Source: an uncultured bacterium (GTDB taxonomy: Bacteria; Planctomycetota; DG-23; CBDVDV01). Taken from it: a DNA stretch of 51,335 nt. The notes below the pieces were generated by a model that saw only the letters and a program-made list of their open reading frames with translations, searched no databases and was not told where the DNA came from. The translations under genes were made by a program, and so were the position numbers. Numbering within the stretch: position 1 is the stretch's first letter; each line of letters starts with the position of its first letter. Of the stretch, positions 18,902 through 27,337 are shown in pieces. The stretch is taken from contig CBDVDV010000004.1 in NCBI GenBank assembly GCA_965372835.1, positions 1-51,335 on the forward strand, given 5' to 3'.

Positions 18902-19543
18902 ATGGCCAGACTGAACGTGCCCGTGACCAAATCCAGCGCCCTGGCGATTGAGCGGAGTCTCGAATTCGCCACCGAGGGGTTTGAACTCCTGGAGCAGAAG
19001 CGCCAGATCCTGATGATGGAACTGATGCGCTGGCTGGCCCGGGCGCGGACCGTCGAGCAGGAAGTGAACGAGCGACTGGCCCGGGCCTACGAGGCCCTTC
19101 GCCGGGCGGCCCTGGCCGCCGGGGCGGCTCGGCTGGAGCGCGAGGCGGTAGCCATTCGCCCCGCCCACCAGGTGAAGGTGGAGGAACGCCGAGTGATGGG
19201 GTTACACCTGGCTCAACTCTCGGCCGAACTGGCTCCCGGGGGACCCGAGTTCGGGTTCGCCGACAGTTCGGCGCGCTCCGACGTAGTAAAGGGGGCCTTC
19301 GAAGCGTCCCTGGAGGCGGTCACCAGACTGGCCGAAACCGAGAACGCCGTCTTCCAATTGGCCCAGGAACTCAGGAAGACTCAACGACGGGTCAACGCCC
19401 TGGAAAAAATCTTTATCCCCACTTACCAGGCAACCCTGAAGTACGTCAGTGACAGTCTGGAAGGGCACGAACGAGAAGACCTGGTCGTCATGAAGATGGC
19501 CAAGGCCAAGTTGGCGCGAGCGCGGAAGCGCCGCCGGGTCTGA
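18902..19543 (+). CDS. atpD: V/A-type ATPase central-stalk subunit D
   Basis: MARLNVPVTKSSALAIERSLEFATEGFELLEQKRQILMMEL... and ...RRVNALEKIFIP... are typical of subunit D. Confidence 0.9.
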   Translation: MARLNVPVTKSSALAIERSLEFATEGFELLEQKRQILMMELMRWLARARTVEQEVNERLARAYEALRRAALAAGAARLEREAVAIRPAHQVKVEERRVMGLHLAQLSAELAPGGPEFGFADSSARSDVVKGAFEASLEAVTRLAETENAVFQLAQELRKTQRRVNALEKIFIPTYQATLKYVSDSLEGHEREDLVVMKMAKAKLARARKRRRV

Positions 19544-19564
19544 GGAGAGCCGAAAGGAATCGGG

Positions 19565-20020
19565 GTGGCTCCGGAGACACAGATTGGCACTGTCCTGCTG
19601 TTCGCCGATGGCTCTGAGGGGGCGGTGCGAGCCGCCGAGCTGGCCGTGCTTCTCGCCCGTGTGCACGAGGCCGACCTGGTAGCGGTGGCCGCGGTGGACA
19701 CGGAGACCTTGTCCATGCTCATGCGCCGACACATCCTGGTGGACGAAGAGATGGCTGAGTTGGACGTCGAGTTGGAGGCCAGCGCCGAGCGACAGTTGCG
19801 CATGGTGGCCAACCAGGCCAAGCGTGCGGCAGTGCCCGTGGAGACGGTGCTCTTGAAGGGCACTATCCACTCCGCGATTCTGGGCGAGGCGCGCAAGCGC
19901 CGCGCCGACCTCATCGTCCTGAGCGGCTTCACCTCCACCATGACCCGCCGGGACGTCCTGGCCAAGGAGAAGCAGTACCTCGTCGACGAAGCGCCTTGTC
20001 CGGTGGTTCTGGTGAAGTAG
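19565..20020 (+). CDS. Universal stress protein (UspA family)
   Basis: GTG start 22 nt after atpD. ...LLFADGSEGAVRAAELAV..., ...ADLIVLSGFTS..., C-terminal PCPVVLVK. Confidence 0.8.
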   Translation: MAPETQIGTVLLFADGSEGAVRAAELAVLLARVHEADLVAVAAVDTETLSMLMRRHILVDEEMAELDVELEASAERQLRMVANQAKRAAVPVETVLLKGTIHSAILGEARKRRADLIVLSGFTSTMTRRDVLAKEKQYLVDEAPCPVVLVK

Positions 20021-20083
20021 ACTGGTGGGCAGAGGTCGAGGATCGAAGGACGACGGCCGGCGACCGGCCGGGGAAGGACAGTC

Positions 20084-20977
20084 ATGCCCGAACTGCTGTA
20101 CCTGAACGGACGGGTGATGCCCCTCGAGGAAGGGAAGGTGTCAGTAGAAGACCGGGGCTTCCAGTTCGCCGACGGGGTGTACGAGGTGGCCGTGGTCTAT
20201 AGCGGCGTACCGTACGAGTTCGAGGAGCACATCGACCGCCTGTTCCACAGCGCCAGGCTGCTGGAACTTGAGATTCTCCACCCGCCGGAGGAGATCAAAT
20301 CCATCTGCCTGGACCTCCTGGCCGAGAGTCAACTCGCCAACTGCCTGGTCTACATCCAGGTCACCAGGGGCTACGCTCGCCGGGGCCATGCCTTCCCTGA
20401 TGAAGTGAAGCCTACGGTGGTGGTTTACACAATCGAGTTTGCCGGTCGGGCGGCCGAGCACTACGAGAAGGGCGTGGCCACCATCACCGTCCCCGACGAC
20501 CGCTGGGGTCGCTGTAACATCAAGAGTATCGCCCTGCTCGCCAACTGCCTGGCGAAGGAAAAGGCCTACCGGGCCGGCTGCTACGAGGCCATCTTCCACT
20601 CCCCCACCGGCGTGGTCTACGAAGGGGCAAGCACCAACGTCTTCTGCGTCATCGACGGCAGCATCGTCACCGCGCCGCTCTCCAACAAGATCCTCCCGGG
20701 CATCACCCGCGCCCGGCTTATGGAACTGGCCCGCGCGGGCGGCTTCCAGATGGTGGAGAGGGATTGCACGGTTGTTGAACTCAAAGGCGCCGACGAGGTG
20801 TTCCTGACCGGAACCTCCACCGAAGTGATGCCGGTCATTCGGGTGGACGATACCACCATTGGTACGGGGGAACCGGGTCCGGTCTCCCGGCAACTGCGCC
20901 GGCTAATGTTGGAACACATCCAGCGCGTGTGTGGCTCAGCGCCGGTGGCAGGATCGGGGAGGCCGGAGACCGGATGA
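20084..20977 (+). CDS. Class IV aminotransferase (D-amino-acid transaminase-like)
   Basis: VSVEDRGFQFADGVYEVAVVY..., NIKSIALLANCLAKEKA..., EVFLTGTSTEVMPV. Confidence 0.85.
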   Translation: MPELLYLNGRVMPLEEGKVSVEDRGFQFADGVYEVAVVYSGVPYEFEEHIDRLFHSARLLELEILHPPEEIKSICLDLLAESQLANCLVYIQVTRGYARRGHAFPDEVKPTVVVYTIEFAGRAAEHYEKGVATITVPDDRWGRCNIKSIALLANCLAKEKAYRAGCYEAIFHSPTGVVYEGASTNVFCVIDGSIVTAPLSNKILPGITRARLMELARAGGFQMVERDCTVVELKGADEVFLTGTSTEVMPVIRVDDTTIGTGEPGPVSRQLRRLMLEHIQRVCGSAPVAGSGRPETG

Positions 20978-20987
20978 GGCCGACGGG

Positions 20988-22421
20988 ATGAAGGCAAGAC
21001 CGGAGATCGCGGCTCACGTGCTGGGGAATCCGCTCACGCGGACGCTCCTGCGGGCGCTGACCCGCCAGCGGCCCGATGGGGGCTGCGAGCTGTCCGACAT
21101 CTTCGCCCGCTACGGCCAGAGCGACCTCCTGCCGCGTGAGCGTCTGCGCTACGGCGTCGCCTTCGCCCTCATCGACGCCCTGGTCAGGCTGGCCGGGAGT
21201 CGACGCCAGTTCGTCCGCGACAAAGTTTTCAGTCATGAGACTCGGGCCCGGGCGCTCATAGCCACCGCTCGTAGCGTGGGCCGCTACGGACTCACCCGCC
21301 CACAGCGCTTCACCAGCCCACTGATGGTGGTCTGGAACTTCACCCAGGCCTGTAACCTCCGCTGCGCGCACTGCTACCAGAACGCCCGTCGGCGGCTTCC
21401 CGACGAACTGGGGCTCGAAGAGCAGTTGCGCGTATTGGAGGTACTCCGGCGAAACGACGTGGCCATGCTCGCCCTGTCCGGTGGGGAGCCGATGATCAGC
21501 CCCACCTTCTGGCCGGTGGCCGAGCGTGCAGCCGAGATGGGTCTTCACGTCAGTGTGGCTACGAACGGCACCCTCATTGACAAGGCCGCCGCCCACCGCC
21601 TTTGCGACGTCGGGGTCAAGTACGTGGAGATCAGCATCGACAGTGTCGATGAGGCCACGCACGACCGCTTCCGTGGAAGCCCGGGCTACTGGCGCCGGGC
21701 CGTTGCCGGCATCCGTGCCGTCGCCCCCATCGATGGCGTGCGGGTGGCCCTCGCCGCTACCATCACCAGACTCAACCTCGACGAGTTGGAGGACCTGATC
21801 GAGTTCGCCAAGGAGTTGGGCTGCAACTGCTTCTACGCCTTCAACTTCATCCCCACAGGTCGGGGAAAGGAGATCGTTGACCTCGACCTCTCCCCCGCCC
21901 AACGGGAGGAGATGCTGCGCATTCTCTACGAGCACATGCAGAACGATGCCATTACCATCATCACTTCGGCCCCCCAACTGGCCCGCTACTGCCTCGGCCA
22001 CGCCGATGACGCCACCGTTGTCAACACCGGTCACTACGGCCACGGTCGGGGCGGGGGGGCGAGACTCCTCTCGGAGTACGTGGGTGGGTGTGGAGCCGGG
22101 CGCGTGTACTGCGCCATCCAGCCCAACGGGGTGATAACACCGTGCGTTTTCATGCCACTGCCGGTGGGCAACATCCTGACCGATGACCTTCCCCACCTCT
22201 GGGAGGACCACCCGGTGCTGCAACTGCTCCGCGACCGGGAACGTCGTCAAGGGCACTGCCGGGTGTGCGAGTACAAGTACTTCTGTGGCGGCTGCCGGGC
22301 CCGTCCCTACGGCTACTACGGCGACCTGACCATGCCCGACCCAGGCTGCATCTTCAACCAGGACGCCTGGGAAGCCCTGCAGCGGGAGAGCCCGCGTGGG
22401 GTACCGGAGGCGGCGGGGTAA
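20988..22421 (+). CDS. Radical SAM/SPASM-domain protein (NirJ/AhbD-like core) with ~100-aa N-terminal extension
   Basis: FTQACNLRCAHCY radical SAM motif, SGGEPM, and a C-terminal SPASM Cys cluster CRVCEYKYFCGGCRARPY...PDPGC. I use ATG 20988; the track start 20931 overlaps the previous gene. Confidence 0.85.
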   Translation: MKARPEIAAHVLGNPLTRTLLRALTRQRPDGGCELSDIFARYGQSDLLPRERLRYGVAFALIDALVRLAGSRRQFVRDKVFSHETRARALIATARSVGRYGLTRPQRFTSPLMVVWNFTQACNLRCAHCYQNARRRLPDELGLEEQLRVLEVLRRNDVAMLALSGGEPMISPTFWPVAERAAEMGLHVSVATNGTLIDKAAAHRLCDVGVKYVEISIDSVDEATHDRFRGSPGYWRRAVAGIRAVAPIDGVRVALAATITRLNLDELEDLIEFAKELGCNCFYAFNFIPTGRGKEIVDLDLSPAQREEMLRILYEHMQNDAITIITSAPQLARYCLGHADDATVVNTGHYGHGRGGGARLLSEYVGGCGAGRVYCAIQPNGVITPCVFMPLPVGNILTDDLPHLWEDHPVLQLLRDRERRQGHCRVCEYKYFCGGCRARPYGYYGDLTMPDPGCIFNQDAWEALQRESPRGVPEAAG

Positions 22422-22502
22422 GAGGCCCCACGCTCTCCATGAATCCGGCTCACACCACTCACTTCCACCGCGCCGCTGAACAACACAGGAGGACGACGAG
22501 AC

Positions 22503-23555
22503 ATGAAGAGACTGGGCGTAGGCATCATCGGCTGCGGGAACGTAGCCGGTGGTCACATTCGGGGCTGGCTGCAACACGCAGACCGAGCCCGGGTTGTGGC
22601 TCTGTGCGACCTTGTGCCTGAGTTCTGTGAAGAGAAGAGCAAGGAGTTGGGCCTCGGTGACGTTCCCGTCCTCAGCGACTATCGGAGGTTGCTTGAGATG
22701 CCCGAGGTCGAGGCCGTTGACATTTGCAGCCATTCAGACACCCACTCGGAGGTCATCAGGGCCAGCCTCGAGGCCAGCAAGCACGTGCTGTCGGAGAAGC
22801 CCGTGGGCTATGACCTGGAGGACTGTCGGCGGCTCCGCTGGTACGCCAGCAAGTACCGGCATCTCAAGATGGCCGTCGCCTATTCGCTGCGCTACTACCC
22901 GGTCAACCTGGAGGTGCGCAGGCTGCTCGGTGACGGAGTTATCGGACGGCCCATGTATGCCCAGGCGGTGCACAACCACGCCCACGACATGTCCCGGGTG
23001 TTCGAGCGCCCCCGGGGGCCACGTTCCCAGTCGGACAAGGGCGGCCGCTACATCGCCGGGTCGGAAATGACCGCCACCACCCACATCTTTGACCTTTGCC
23101 GGTACCTGCTGGGCGAGGTAAAGGACCTGTTCGCTTTCCGCGAGCCCTACGGCACCTTCGTGATAATGCGTTTCGTGTCGGGCGCAGTGGCCGAGGCCAT
23201 TTCCGGTTCCGCCTCAAAACTGGGCGTCGCTGCGCCCAACGTGCTTACCGTCCAGGGCACCGAAGGGGTCCTGGCAACCTTCAACGAGCCTCAGAAGCAC
23301 GAAGACGTGACCCCGCGGTACCGGGGCTACTACAAGAACGCGGACGGCTACCACGAAATCGAGGTCGGCACGCACGATAACGAGCACGGCGACTACACCA
23401 GGTGCCAGAACTTCCTCGACGCCGTGTTTGAGGATGCCCCGCTCATCGCCCCGCTGGAAGACGCCATACGCACGTCCGAACTCCTGCACGCAATCCGGGA
23501 TTCCCACGACCACGAAATCCGCGTCCCCGTCCACTGGCAGGGCAAGACGGGTTAG
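22503..23555 (+). CDS. Gfo/Idh/MocA-family oxidoreductase
   Basis: MKRLGVGIIGCGNVAGGH... Rossmann N terminus and ...HVLSEKPV... AGGAGG SD upstream. Confidence 0.85.
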   Translation: MKRLGVGIIGCGNVAGGHIRGWLQHADRARVVALCDLVPEFCEEKSKELGLGDVPVLSDYRRLLEMPEVEAVDICSHSDTHSEVIRASLEASKHVLSEKPVGYDLEDCRRLRWYASKYRHLKMAVAYSLRYYPVNLEVRRLLGDGVIGRPMYAQAVHNHAHDMSRVFERPRGPRSQSDKGGRYIAGSEMTATTHIFDLCRYLLGEVKDLFAFREPYGTFVIMRFVSGAVAEAISGSASKLGVAAPNVLTVQGTEGVLATFNEPQKHEDVTPRYRGYYKNADGYHEIEVGTHDNEHGDYTRCQNFLDAVFEDAPLIAPLEDAIRTSELLHAIRDSHDHEIRVPVHWQGKTG

Positions 23556-24352
23556 TCGTCGCGGAGGCGAAAGAGGCTGGCTTTGAGGGGTTCGTTGGCC
23601 TTCAGGCCGCGCAGTTCGAAGGTGAGCGTCTCTCCTGAGCCCGGCCAGTGCAGGCGCAGCATGGTAGCGATCTGGGAGAGCCCCGGCCCCAGAGTGTCGT
23701 AGTCGGAGAGGGCCGCCTCCATCACCAGTTCTCCGGAGGCCCCGAAGGCTTCGATGCGCAGACAGGTCAGGTCAACGCGGTCCACCCACCACTGGCGCAG
23801 GGGATAAACCGTGTCGCCGGCAACATCCACCAGGTCAATGATGTAGTGGTCTGGGTAGGTCTTGACGAGCACCTTGACGGTGGCTGTCTGCTCGGGTGGA
23901 CGCACCAGCCCCAGGAGTTCCCCCAGGTTGAGCGACAGGGTCGCCAGACCCCTTTCGGGCTGCTGGCGCAAGTCAGCCACCGAACCCGTTTGCTCGGGCC
24001 CCAGGGCTCTGGTTTCGGGATCGAGCAGCCGGTACTGGTAGCGCTCCCCGTCCGAGGCCAGGTCGAAGACTTCTCCGACAAAGTCGCGCTCGCCCCGCAG
24101 GCGTATTCTGTCTGGGGCCTGGTAGCGGAGCAGCCCGTCACAACTCCGGGGCCCTTCCATCTCCGGGCCCTCGAAGTGGATGTTGAGCCTGGCCTTCAGG
24201 GTGGTGACGGTGTCGGCCCGTCGGCGGAGGGCCTCGAGGAGCTGAGCGGGCCCGTAAGTGTAAACGAGTTCGACCCGGCGGCTCTCCGGCTCGACGCACC
24301 CAGCCAGCACGAGAAGACCCAGGCTCCAGACCAGCCAACACCAACGCCTCAT
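23552..24352 (-). CDS. LolA/LolB-like lipoprotein (DUF4292-like)
   Basis: Lipobox LLVLAGC followed by beta-rich sequence ...LKARLNIHFEG...GLLRYQAPDRIRLRGE... Its stop codon overlaps the stop of the convergent oxidoreductase gene. Confidence 0.65.
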   Translation of the reverse strand: MRRWCWLVWSLGLLVLAGCVEPESRRVELVYTYGPAQLLEALRRRADTVTTLKARLNIHFEGPEMEGPRSCDGLLRYQAPDRIRLRGERDFVGEVFDLASDGERYQYRLLDPETRALGPEQTGSVADLRQQPERGLATLSLNLGELLGLVRPPEQTATVKVLVKTYPDHYIIDLVDVAGDTVYPLRQWWVDRVDLTCLRIEAFGASGELVMEAALSDYDTLGPGLSQIATMLRLHWPGSGETLTFELRGLKANEPLKASLFRLRDD

Positions 24353-24376
24353 AAGCGCCGTCCTCTACGACCGGGC

Positions 24377-25282
24377 CTACTCGGCGGCCACCACGGGGTT
24401 TCGCAGCACGCCGATTCTCTCCACGTACGCTTCCATCACGTCGCCGGGCTTGACCTCGCTCATCCCCTCGGGTGTGCCCGTGGAGACTATGTCGCCCGGC
24501 TCCAGACGGATAAGCGAGGATATGAAACTGATGAGTTCGGGTATCTTCCACATCAGGCTGCGGGTGTTGTCGCTCTGGCGTACCTCGCCGTTGACCCGCA
24601 TCTGGAGGTCCAGTTCCACCGGCTCGGCGATCTCGTCGGGCAGGACAATCCAAGGGCCTATCGGACAGAAGGTATCCAGCGACTTGGAGCGGTACCAGGG
24701 GTGGGACGCCCCGATGTCCTTGCGCTGCATGGCCCGGGCGGTGACGTCGTTGAGGATGGTATAGCCGGCCACGAACTCGCCGGCCTCCTCCACGGGGATG
24801 CTGGCACCGGCCTGGCCAATCACCACGGCCAACTCCACCTCGGGGTCCACCCGGCCGATGCCCGGCTTGATGGCTACCTCGTCCCCGGGCCCGATAACAG
24901 CGGTGCTCTCTTTCCGGAAGAAGACAGGTTCTTCGGGAACCTGGCCGGCACTTTCCATCGCGTGGGCCCGGTAGTTCAGGCCCATGGCCAAGATCTTGGT
25001 CGGCCGAGCGATGGGGGCCAGCAGCCTCACCTCATCAAGTGGCCGACTCAGTGGCTTCCTGAGATTGCGAGCGTCGATGAACTTCAGCACCGGCGCCAGG
25101 CCCGACGCTGAGAAGAGGCCGCGCTTCATTAGGTCCGTCGGATCGGTGGCCGCCCCGTAAGTCTGCCCACGCCGCGCGGTCTCATACAAGAGGAGGGCCC
25201 GAGTCAGGTCCACCACCTCCTCTTCGAGGACAAGCCCCAGCGCCGGCCGACCTCCTCGCCCCACAAAGCGCGCGATCTTCAT
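24377..25282 (-). CDS. Fumarylacetoacetate hydrolase (FAH) family protein
   Basis: KILAMGLNYRAHA..., EVELAVVIG..., GYTILNDVTAR..., GDIVSTGTPEG. Confidence 0.9.
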   Translation of the reverse strand: MKIARFVGRGGRPALGLVLEEEVVDLTRALLLYETARRGQTYGAATDPTDLMKRGLFSASGLAPVLKFIDARNLRKPLSRPLDEVRLLAPIARPTKILAMGLNYRAHAMESAGQVPEEPVFFRKESTAVIGPGDEVAIKPGIGRVDPEVELAVVIGQAGASIPVEEAGEFVAGYTILNDVTARAMQRKDIGASHPWYRSKSLDTFCPIGPWIVLPDEIAEPVELDLQMRVNGEVRQSDNTRSLMWKIPELISFISSLIRLEPGDIVSTGTPEGMSEVKPGDVMEAYVERIGVLRNPVVAAE

Positions 25283-25306
25283 GGTGAACGTCGTCCCTTC
25301 CAGGTG

Positions 25307-26167
25307 CTACTTGGCCTCCACCTCGGCGATGATGCGCTTGATGCTTTCCAGGCAGATACAACTGGGGAGTTCACCGCCCTCGGAGAACTCGGCCCCGCCG
25401 GGCGTCCGTACAACCTTGCGGTCCAACTTCTTGGGCCGCCAATGCGTTTCCAGCGAGGCAAAGCCTTCGTAGCCGTCGTCGATGAGCGCCCGGAACTGAC
25501 CGTGGTAGTCGATGACCCCCTCGCCCACCGCGCAGACACCCTCGCCGGGGACCGCGTCCTTGATGTGCATGTGGATCATGGAGGGTCTGATGGAGTGGTA
25601 GCCGTCCGGGTACGGGGTCTTTGAGCCACGGGAATCGCTCAGTTCGTTGCATGGGTCCCAGCAGGTGCGCACACGGTCCGAGCCCACGTCTTTGATGAAC
25701 CGCGCCGTGTCGGCACCGTTTCCGACGTAGCAGCTCGACTCGTTCTCCATGGCGATCCTCGCCCCCATCTCCTCGAGAATCTTCACCGGTTCCTCGTACT
25801 TGTCGATGACCTGCTGCCAGACCTCATCCACATCGCCCCGTCGCCAGAAGGTGAACCCACGGACGATGTCGCAGCCGAAGTGCTTCCCCAGGTCGATGCA
25901 TCGGCGGAGGATGTCCAGGTGCTGCTGGTACTCGTCCTGCGAGTCCAGTTCACACTTGAAGAAAGGGGAGGCGATGGAACAGACGACCAGCCCGGCGTCG
26001 TCCAGGATGTCCTTCATCTTCTTGCGGTCGTCCTGGTCGATGTCCTGTGGGGGTTTGTTCCAGACCGAGCGCACCTCCACCCCGTCGAGTTCGAACTGCT
26101 TAGCCACCTCGACCGCCCGGGCGAAGTCCTGGGTGATCTCGTCGCTAAAGACCGCGAGTTTGAACAT
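25307..26167 (-). CDS. Sugar phosphate isomerase/epimerase (xylose-isomerase-like TIM barrel)
   Basis: MFKLAVFSDEITQDFARAVEVAKQFELDGVEVRSVW... and ...IAMENESSCYV..., HMHIKD. Confidence 0.85.
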   Translation of the reverse strand: MFKLAVFSDEITQDFARAVEVAKQFELDGVEVRSVWNKPPQDIDQDDRKKMKDILDDAGLVVCSIASPFFKCELDSQDEYQQHLDILRRCIDLGKHFGCDIVRGFTFWRRGDVDEVWQQVIDKYEEPVKILEEMGARIAMENESSCYVGNGADTARFIKDVGSDRVRTCWDPCNELSDSRGSKTPYPDGYHSIRPSMIHMHIKDAVPGEGVCAVGEGVIDYHGQFRALIDDGYEGFASLETHWRPKKLDRKVVRTPGGAEFSEGGELPSCICLESIKRIIAEVEAK

Positions 26168-26693
26168 CCTCGCCTCCTTCTTTCGTGTCCGACGCCGGCG
26201 GCTTCATATCCACCCGCAGCACCGCTCCCATCTGGGCTGAGACCTCGGCCAGCTCCGCATCGCTCAACTGAGGGACAGGGACTTCGTATGTCACCCCCTG
26301 GCCCGATTCCACAACCATCAGCGGCCGGCCCTCCCGGCCCCGGGAACTCATCAGTTTAAGCAGACGCCTGCGGATGAGAAGCAGACCCAGGAGGTAGCGG
26401 AACGCCGACTGCCGAGGCTCCGTCACGGCCTCCAGCCGGGCAAAAAGTTCCACCAGTTCCCCCTCGTCTACGAAGCGCTCCGGCCGCTCCTGCCTGGCCG
26501 GCAGCCGTCCGCGCCAGTACGAAAAACTGCCTTCCGGCGGCCCCTGCCAGCAGCCCTGACAGTAATCTCGGCGATGGAACTCCTCGCCCTGCTCGAAGAG
26601 CGCACTCAGGTACCGCTCTTCCGGGCTGAACTCCCGGCCGCAGACACAGCAACTGCGGGCGGCCGAAACTTTGTCCTCATAGTCGACAGCCAC
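26145..26693 (-). CDS. Hypothetical protein with N-terminal CxxC...CxxC zinc-ribbon-like motif
   Basis: CCVCGREFSPEERYLSALFEQGEEFHRRDYCQGCW. No family recognised. Sits in the same-strand run between the cyclodeaminase-like and isomerase genes, with a 23-nt overlap with the latter. Confidence 0.6.
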   Translation of the reverse strand: MAVDYEDKVSAARSCCVCGREFSPEERYLSALFEQGEEFHRRDYCQGCWQGPPEGSFSYWRGRLPARQERPERFVDEGELVELFARLEAVTEPRQSAFRYLLGLLLIRRRLLKLMSSRGREGRPLMVVESGQGVTYEVPVPQLSDAELAEVSAQMGAVLRVDMKPPASDTKEGGEDVQTRGL

Positions 26694-26701
26694 GTTGAAA
26701 C

Positions 26702-27337
26702 CTATGAGCGAGAGAGCCGTTGGCCAACCACATCCACCGTCTCGTCGTGCAGTCGGTGTGCCTCGACCTCCAAACCGTCCGCCTCCCGACGCGACCGGCC
26801 GATGAGGTCCTCGTCCTTGAGGTAGGCCAGGTTGACGTCCACGTTGAGCCGGGCACCGCGCAGCGCTCCCAGAAGCAACTCCGCAGCGACGCCCACGTCA
26901 CTGATCAGATTCGGGTTGGCAATACCGACCAATCGCCGGGTCGCTGCCAGGGCAGCCGCGGCGACCCGCATGGCCTCCAGAGGTGCGCCCAGAGCCACGG
27001 CCAGGGCCTCCTGGATGGCCTGCGTGCGGGCGGCCTTTTCCTCGTCGGTCCCCCGCGCCAGGGCGTAGGCGGAGGAGACCTCGCCATACGCAGCGATGTC
27101 TTTCCCCATCAGGTCGAGCAGTTTGACGCGGGCGTCCGTCAGCGCAGCCAGTAGTTCCATCACCTGGGGAGCAACGTCACGGAACTTCTCCTTCCCCAGA
27201 GTGAAGTTGGCGGCCATCTCGGCCATGGTCACACCCAGGGCACCGGCCAGAGCCGAGACGCTGCCGCCGCCCGGTGTCGGCTGACCGCTGGCTGCCGTCT
27301 CCACATAGTCGCGCAGGGGCCTCTCCAGGTAGTTCAC
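26702..27337 (-). CDS. Cyclodeaminase/cyclohydrolase family protein (FTCD C-terminal-like)
   Basis: TPGGGSVSALAGALGVTMAEMAANFTLGKEKF is the family hallmark. All-helical, 211 aa. Confidence 0.85.
   Translation of the reverse strand: MNYLERPLRDYVETAASGQPTPGGGSVSALAGALGVTMAEMAANFTLGKEKFRDVAPQVMELLAALTDARVKLLDLMGKDIAAYGEVSSAYALARGTDEEKAARTQAIQEALAVALGAPLEAMRVAAAALAATRRLVGIANPNLISDVGVAAELLLGALRGARLNVDVNLAYLKDEDLIGRSRREADGLEVEAHRLHDETVDVVGQRLSRS

Noticed and set aside
22440-22502. Short ORF after the SPASM radical SAM gene as a possible RiPP precursor (MNPAHTTHFHRAAEQHRRTTRHEE...)
   Set aside because: It belongs to a 118-aa out-of-frame ORF that runs into the oxidoreductase gene. It has no SD, no Cys/Ser/Thr-rich core, and a basic low-complexity composition.
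20835-22733. 632-aa minus-strand ORF
   Set aside because: Antisense to the radical SAM/SPASM gene; no motifs; Gly/Pro/Val/Ala-rich shadow.
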